Assembly: GCA_039793645.1 (NCBI GenBank)
Contig: JBAMLI010000048.1
Location: 1-50,312 of the forward strand
DNA from: an archaeon
Lineage (GTDB): Archaea > Micrarchaeota > Micrarchaeia > Micrarchaeales > CABMGC01
Reading direction: 5' to 3'
DNA: 50,312 nt
Position numbers and translations under genes: made by a program. A model generated the notes under the pieces. That model saw only the letters and a list, made by a program, of their open reading frames with translations, did not search any database and had not been told where the DNA came from. Within the stretch, counting starts at the first letter, position 1. Each line of letters begins with the position of its first letter. Shown here piece by piece: positions 45,435 to 50,312 of this stretch.

Positions 45435-45929
45435 ATGCAACTGCAAAGGAAGAGCAAGCATATTCTGAGGATGCAGAGCGCAATGGAGTATCTCATGACC
45501 TACGGGTGGGCGCTCCTTATCATAGGAATAGCACTTGCGGCATTCTTTGCACTCGGAGTATTCAGCCCAAATAGGTATGTGCCTACGGTGTGCACGCTTC
45601 CTTCCGGCTTAGGATGCTCCTTTTCTTCACTCACTAATGGCGTTGCAACGCTGACGCTAAACAACGCCCTCCCTGATCCAATTAATGTCACTGCAATAGG
45701 TTGCGCCCCCAACAAAATATTTACGAATATGCAGACACCTTACAATCCGCCTTCAAACCAGATATACATACCTTCAGGAGGCATGTACCAGTTCAATGTA
45801 GTATGCCAAGGCGCCTCAACGCTCGCGCCTGGGCAGCTATACAAAGGGTACCTCATCATAAACTACACAGATGATGTTACGGGGTTTCCACAAACTATAT
45901 TCGGCACTTTAGCGGCAAAGGTGACATGA
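45435..45929 (+). CDS. type IV pilin-like protein with class III signal peptide (paralog of 21687..22226)
   Basis: MQLQRKSKHILRMQ/SAMEYLMTYGWALLIIGIALAAFFALGVF, then a Cys pair (CTLPSGLGC). ATG at 45435 is preferred, because it gives a short basic leader typical of prepilins. Confidence 0.65.
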   Translation: MQLQRKSKHILRMQSAMEYLMTYGWALLIIGIALAAFFALGVFSPNRYVPTVCTLPSGLGCSFSSLTNGVATLTLNNALPDPINVTAIGCAPNKIFTNMQTPYNPPSNQIYIPSGGMYQFNVVCQGASTLAPGQLYKGYLIINYTDDVTGFPQTIFGTLAAKVT

Positions 45930-45996
45930 GGATTCCTGCTTTGAAAAGAATAACTTATTTATATTTGAACGCCATAATTTTTGAGTTGGTGGTTAT

Positions 45997-46929
45997 GTGG
46001 AGAACTTGATAATAATAGGCTCTGGACCAGCAGGCTTGAGCGCTGCGATTTATGCTGCAAGAGATGAGATTAGCCCACTTGTGATCACGGGCACTTCAGC
46101 AGGCGGGCAATTGTTGCTTACCACAACCGTGGAGAATTTCCCAGGATTTCCAGATGGAATTGAGGGGTCTGAGCTTATAGACCTTATGAGGAAGCAGGCT
46201 GAAAAATTCGGTGCAAGGTTTGTAGACGGAGACGTCTCAAAAGTAGACTTCTCTGCAAGGCCATTCAAAATCTGGGTCGGCGAGCAATTGTATGAAGCCA
46301 ATTCAGTGATAATTGCTACTGGTGCATCTGCAAAATGGCTTGGGCTTGAATCCGAAAAGAAGTTTATTGGGAAAGGCGTTTCGAGCTGCGCAACATGCGA
46401 TGGCCCCTTCTTTAGAAACAAAAATGTGATAGTAGTAGGCGGTGGGGATACGGCACTTGAAGATGCTATATTTCTCACAAGGTTTGCAAACAGCGTTACG
46501 GTTGTGCACAGGAGGGACCAGCTAAGGGCTAGCAAGATAATGCAGGAAAGGGCGTTTTCCAATCCAAAAATAAAGTTCATTTGGAATACTGTTGTAGATG
46601 AAATAAAAGGCGACACGAAAGTAAATTGGGTAAGGCTAAGGAATGTCATAACCAATGAGCTGACTGAAATGCCTATAGATGGTGTTTTTGTTGCAATAGG
46701 GAACCAGCCAAATACAAAGCCCTTTGAAGGCCAATTGCAACTCGATGAACATGGCTATATAGTTGTGCATGATATTGTGTTCACAAATGTTGAAGGTGTG
46801 TTTGCGGCAGGAGATGTTGCTGACCACTTCTATCAGCAAGCGATTACAGCTGCAGGAACAGGCGTTATGGCTGCGCTTAGAGTAAGGGAATACTTGAATA
46901 AGCTAAAATATGAGAAAGCTAGCCAATAA
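45997..46929 (+). CDS. trxB: thioredoxin-disulfide reductase
   Basis: FAD motif IIIGSGPAGLSAA, redox-active CATCDG, NAD(P) motif VVGGGDTALE. GTG start preceded by GGTGGT. Confidence 0.92.
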   Translation: MENLIIIGSGPAGLSAAIYAARDEISPLVITGTSAGGQLLLTTTVENFPGFPDGIEGSELIDLMRKQAEKFGARFVDGDVSKVDFSARPFKIWVGEQLYEANSVIIATGASAKWLGLESEKKFIGKGVSSCATCDGPFFRNKNVIVVGGGDTALEDAIFLTRFANSVTVVHRRDQLRASKIMQERAFSNPKIKFIWNTVVDEIKGDTKVNWVRLRNVITNELTEMPIDGVFVAIGNQPNTKPFEGQLQLDEHGYIVVHDIVFTNVEGVFAAGDVADHFYQQAITAAGTGVMAALRVREYLNKLKYEKASQ

Positions 46930-47989
46930 ATTCGCTTAACTTCTTTTGGCCTTTGCTTTTTATCAGGTTTGAGACTCTGAGCCCAATCTTTCTTATTTTT
47001 TCGCCTGTGCTGTTTTTTTCAAAAAGTGCAATAGCAATCCTTGCCAATTTTTCTTTATCCTGGATGTAATGGCCTAGGTTCTTGCTGTGGAGATGCTCTT
47101 CGAAGTCTCTGTACCTGAGCTTTATTGTGACAACCCTGAAATAGAAGCCACCTTTTTCTACATCTTTTATAACTTCGCTAGCAAGCTCCAATATCTTCCT
47201 TTTCAGCCTTTCAGAATCATCTGTATCTTCTTCAAATGTATACTCCCTGCCAATAGATTTTGCTTCGTAGGTCTCTATAACTTCATCTTCATCTATCGCA
47301 TTTGCATAGTTGTATATCTCAAGCCCAAAAGAGCCGAATTTGTCTATCAGCATTTGCTTGTTTGAATTTGCGATGTCACCTATAGTCTTAAAGCCCATTT
47401 CCTTAAGCTTTTCTGCACTCTTTTTTCCAACACCGTAGAGCTTTTCAAGAGGCAGGGGGGCAAGGAACTCCTTAGCCTCTTCGCTCTTCACGACTTTTAT
47501 TTTGTTTGGCTTCGCAGCCTCGCAAGCCATCTTTGCTATCAGCTTGTTAGGGCCTACACCTATGGAGCATGGCAGGCCAAAGTTTGCAGTTATTGCATCT
47601 TTTATTTTTTGGGCATATTCGTATGCCTCCTCAAAGCTACCCACCATGTTGGATATATCAAGAAATGCTTCATCGATGCTCACCTGCTCGAACTTTCCTG
47701 CATAGCCTCTGAGCAACAACATGATCTTTGATGATACGCTTTCGTAATACTCCTCGTCTACAGGGAGGAATACTGCATCGCTCTTTAGCTTGTATGCCAT
47801 TGAGATGGGCATGCCGCTCTTTATTCCATATTTCCTAGCTATATAGTTGCATGTGCTCACGACTCCTCTCCCATAGCCATTCTTTGGATCAGCTCCGACA
47901 ACCACAGGCTTGTCCTTTAAGCTAGGGTTTCTAAGCTCTTCACATGCTGCATAAAAATAATCCATATCTGCTAGGAGTATTATCCTCAT
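46919..47989 (-). CDS. dinB: Y-family DNA polymerase IV (Dpo4/Dbh/DinB)
   Basis: LADMDYFYAACEE, SIDEAFLD, little-finger domain length. 356 aa. Its ATG overlaps the AMMECR1 stop by 4 nt. Confidence 0.92.
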   Translation of the reverse strand: MRIILLADMDYFYAACEELRNPSLKDKPVVVGADPKNGYGRGVVSTCNYIARKYGIKSGMPISMAYKLKSDAVFLPVDEEYYESVSSKIMLLLRGYAGKFEQVSIDEAFLDISNMVGSFEEAYEYAQKIKDAITANFGLPCSIGVGPNKLIAKMACEAAKPNKIKVVKSEEAKEFLAPLPLEKLYGVGKKSAEKLKEMGFKTIGDIANSNKQMLIDKFGSFGLEIYNYANAIDEDEVIETYEAKSIGREYTFEEDTDDSERLKRKILELASEVIKDVEKGGFYFRVVTIKLRYRDFEEHLHSKNLGHYIQDKEKLARIAIALFEKNSTGEKIRKIGLRVSNLIKSKGQKKLSEFIG

Positions 47990-48600
47990 CTTTCCATCTG
48001 TATCTCTACAACCTTGCCATTGGGCTCTTCTTCTCTGAATACTTGAGTCTGGAATTTATAGAGGGAAACTCCGCTTCTCTTCCAAGCATTTCTATCCAAG
48101 CCTGCTTTTATGCAGACATTCTCAAGGAACTCTTCTACATCCCAGTGCTCTTCTACAGCCACTATGGGAAGAAGCAAGCCACTGTAGAAGCCATATTCTA
48201 TTATTAGCCCGTCTCTTCCTATCTTTATCTCTTTTTTGATCTCTTCAGGGCTTCCTTTTATTTCTTGCGGCTCTGTGAGTATGCTCACCTCTATTATTAC
48301 CGTATTCAGTTCCTCAACAGAGAGAGGCATGAACCTTGGATCCTCTGTTGCAGCAGCAATGGCTGCTTCTATAAGAAGTTTTTTCAATGGACCTACAGCT
48401 CTTGGGAAGCCTATGCAGCCTCTAAGCGACATTGTAGGATAGTGGTTTATAGTCACAAAGACTCCTGCCTTTTCAACAAATTCAGATATTGTCTTCTCAA
48501 TCAACTCTTTGTTGAATCTTGGCGACTTGATATAGAGCTCTATGGCGTTTCTTGCAGCCTTTACGAGCTTTTCGCCTTCTTTTAGTGTATAAGTTTTCAA
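47986..48600 (-). CDS. AMMECR1-domain protein (AmmeMemoRadiSam system protein A type)
   Basis: GVFVTI..........LRGCIG, ATEDPRF, V.EEHWD.EEFL are typical AMMECR1 motifs. TTG start preceded by AGGTGGGAG. Confidence 0.88.
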   Translation of the reverse strand: MKTYTLKEGEKLVKAARNAIELYIKSPRFNKELIEKTISEFVEKAGVFVTINHYPTMSLRGCIGFPRAVGPLKKLLIEAAIAAATEDPRFMPLSVEELNTVIIEVSILTEPQEIKGSPEEIKKEIKIGRDGLIIEYGFYSGLLLPIVAVEEHWDVEEFLENVCIKAGLDRNAWKRSGVSLYKFQTQVFREEEPNGKVVEIQMER

Positions 48601-48608
48601 GCTCCCAC

Positions 48609-49652
48609 CTAAACAATATAATGCTTGTTACTCAATTCAGGCTTTATTGCTATGTTTATTTTCGCGCCGCACTTTGGGCAACGCATGTCATCTGTTATAT
48701 TGTACTCGAGTATGTCAAATATAAATCTCTTTATAAGCAATGCGCCACACTTTGGGCAGTATGTATTTTCATATTCATGCCCAGGCACATTGCCAACGTA
48801 TACATAGTGCATTCCAAGTTCCTTTGCAAGGTCATGGTGCTTTTCAAGCGTTTCATCGGGCGTAGATGGGAAGTTTGTCATCTTGAATTCTGGGTGAAAC
48901 TTAAGGAAGTGGATAGGCGTATCTGGGCCCAAGTTTTCCAAGATCCACTCAATAAGCTTCTTTGCATCTTCTAGCGAGTCGCCGACTTTTGGCACAACAA
49001 GGTCTGTGATCTCTATGAAAACCTTGTTTTTCTTAAGGACCTTTAATGTTTCAAAGATTGGGTCTTCTGAAATTATTGAGATATACTTTCTTGCAAACCC
49101 AAGATTTGCATTGCCTTTAAAGTCAACCGTCATTGCGTCTATATATTTTGAGGCAAGCTCGGCAGCTTCAGGGGTCATGTATCCATTTGTGACAAATGTA
49201 TTGAGTAGCTTGTTCTTCTTCGCTTCTTTTGCGACATCTAAAGCATACTCCATGAAGATCGTAGGCTCGTTGTATGTATATGTTATTCCATCTACCCCAT
49301 ACTTCAGCCCAAGCTCTATAAGTTTGCCCGGCATTATCTCCTCACCGATTGGCTTGTGCTCATGGCTGAGGTCCCAGTTCTGGCAATACTGGCAGTTGAA
49401 GTTGCATCCCACTGTGCCTATGCTCAGCATCCTTGCCCCTGGCTTGAAATGAAACAATGGCTTTTTCTCTATAGGGTCGATATTCAACGCTGCAATTTTT
49501 CCATAAATAGTAGAATAGATCTTTCCATTCTTGTTCTTCCTAACGCCACAAAAGCCTGTACCTCCATCTGGTATGTTGCACCTTCTTGCGCAAAGGTTGC
49601 ATATTGCCCTGCCGCCTGGCAGGCTTTCATATAAGACTCCCTCCTTCTCCAT
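48609..49652 (-). CDS. AmmeMemoRadiSam-system radical SAM enzyme
   Basis: N-terminal Cys cluster CNLCARRCNI...GFCGVR, radical-SAM GCNFNCQYCQNW, C-terminal Zn ribbon CPKCG...CPKCG. 347 aa. Confidence 0.88.
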   Translation of the reverse strand: MEKEGVLYESLPGGRAICNLCARRCNIPDGGTGFCGVRKNKNGKIYSTIYGKIAALNIDPIEKKPLFHFKPGARMLSIGTVGCNFNCQYCQNWDLSHEHKPIGEEIMPGKLIELGLKYGVDGITYTYNEPTIFMEYALDVAKEAKKNKLLNTFVTNGYMTPEAAELASKYIDAMTVDFKGNANLGFARKYISIISEDPIFETLKVLKKNKVFIEITDLVVPKVGDSLEDAKKLIEWILENLGPDTPIHFLKFHPEFKMTNFPSTPDETLEKHHDLAKELGMHYVYVGNVPGHEYENTYCPKCGALLIKRFIFDILEYNITDDMRCPKCGAKINIAIKPELSNKHYIV

Positions 49653-49693
49653 TTATCTTATATGCTTATTTTAAATATTTAAATTTGCGCAAT

Positions 49694-50305
49694 TCAGAGT
49701 TGCTTCCTAAGCACCTCATCAGAGAATTCCCAATTTGCTACATTCCACCATGCATCTATGTATGCATTTCTGTTGTTCTTATATTGCAAGTAGTATGCAT
49801 GCTCAAACTCGTCGACAATCTGCACTATCGGAAGCTCAGCTATGTGATTTATGAAATGATTTTCTATCGTTGAAATTTCGAGCCTTCCTGTTTCTCTGTC
49901 GAACAGAAGCACAGTCCATCCTGTGCCTGTAAGCGATTTCATAGATTCTGTGAAGAGCTGCTTGAATGATTCGAAGCTGCCATATTGTTTTTCTATCATG
50001 TCTCCAAGAACCCCACCAGGCTTTCCTCCACCCTTTCCGCTTGGCGCCATTGCCTTCCAGAAGAGCGAATGAAGCTTGTGCCCATTCACATTGAAGACAA
50101 GGTTCCTTACTACGCCAGCAAGGTCGTAGCCTTTAATCTCGCCCTTTGCTATGGAATTGATTTTGTCTATAGCAGCATTTGCACCATTTACATAAGCCTT
50201 GTGGTGACCATTGTAGTGCACATCCATAATCTCCTTGCTTATATACGGTTCAAGTGCATCGAAGTTATAGGGTAAAGTCGGCAATTCGTACCTTTTTATT
50301 TCCAT
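49694..50305 (-). CDS. sod: Fe/Mn superoxide dismutase
   Basis: [24 protein letters not shown] and [15 protein letters not shown]. 203 aa. Confidence 0.94.
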   Translation of the reverse strand: MEIKRYELPTLPYNFDALEPYISKEIMDVHYNGHHKAYVNGANAAIDKINSIAKGEIKGYDLAGVVRNLVFNVNGHKLHSLFWKAMAPSGKGGGKPGGVLGDMIEKQYGSFESFKQLFTESMKSLTGTGWTVLLFDRETGRLEISTIENHFINHIAELPIVQIVDEFEHAYYLQYKNNRNAYIDAWWNVANWEFSDEVLRKQL

Positions 50306-50312
50306 AATCTCA

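Noticed and set aside
46050-46655. 201-aa minus-strand ORF antisense to trxB
   Set aside because: Embedded in a clear thioredoxin reductase gene. Low-complexity Ser/Thr/Phe-rich product.
1-50312. Scan for CRISPR arrays, IS elements/terminal inverted repeats, integrases, toxin-antitoxin pairs and known defence gene signatures
   Set aside because: No spaced direct repeats longer than the short promoter repeats listed. No transposase/integrase-like ORFs. Every ORF longer than 150 aa is either a recognisable housekeeping gene or a lone unassigned gene embedded in housekeeping operons.

Overview
Dense, almost gap-free archaeal housekeeping segment, coding on both strands. Many neighbouring genes overlap by 1-30 nt, GTG/TTG starts are frequent, and GGTG/GGAGG-like Shine-Dalgarno motifs sit in front of operon-internal genes. 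I can support 57 protein genes (one truncated at the left edge, one 37-codon gene absent from the ORF track), 5 tRNA genes and a few short repeats. I see no rRNA, CRISPR array, transposase/integrase or recognisable defence genes.

Content:
- Translation: gatD-gatE, ileS, metG, cysS, aEF-1beta, Kae1 plus Bud32, TrmI, a MiaB-like methylthiotransferase.
- Replication and repair: RFC small subunit, type IA topoisomerase, MCM, Dpo4.
- Transcription and ribosome: the rpoH-B''-B'-A'-A'' operon with split B, an rpoD-tRNA-L18e-L13-S9-rpoN-tRNA-S2 cluster, and an Sm protein.
- Stress and proteostasis: grpE-dnaK-dnaJ preceded by two unassigned genes, a PAC2-type chaperone, thioredoxin reductase, Fe/Mn SOD.
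- Membrane and surface: an ABC-2 exporter, a presenilin-like protease, two paralogous class-III-signal-peptide (type IV pilin-like) genes, and a Thr-rich sequon-rich surface protein.
- An AMMECR1 plus radical-SAM pair coupled to Dpo4.

The QSAMEYLMTYGW-type pilin N-termini, split rpoB, gene reduction and tRNA intron pattern suggest a small-genome DPANN/Micrarchaeota-like or Thermoplasmata-related archaeon. That lineage call is inference only.

The most unusual signal is in the tRNA genes. Four of five carry 12-17 nt insertions at four different positions: D-loop, anticodon loop, and two T-loop sites. One has two insertions in its T-arm and a nominal A34 anticodon. I did not find a convincing new multi-gene defence or mobile system. 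The best candidates for undescribed biology are the two unassigned genes fused onto the hsp70 operon, the unassigned gene coupled to rfcS, the internally duplicated small basic protein, and the AMMECR1/radical-SAM/Dpo4 coupling. All family calls come from reading motifs by eye; no searches were run.
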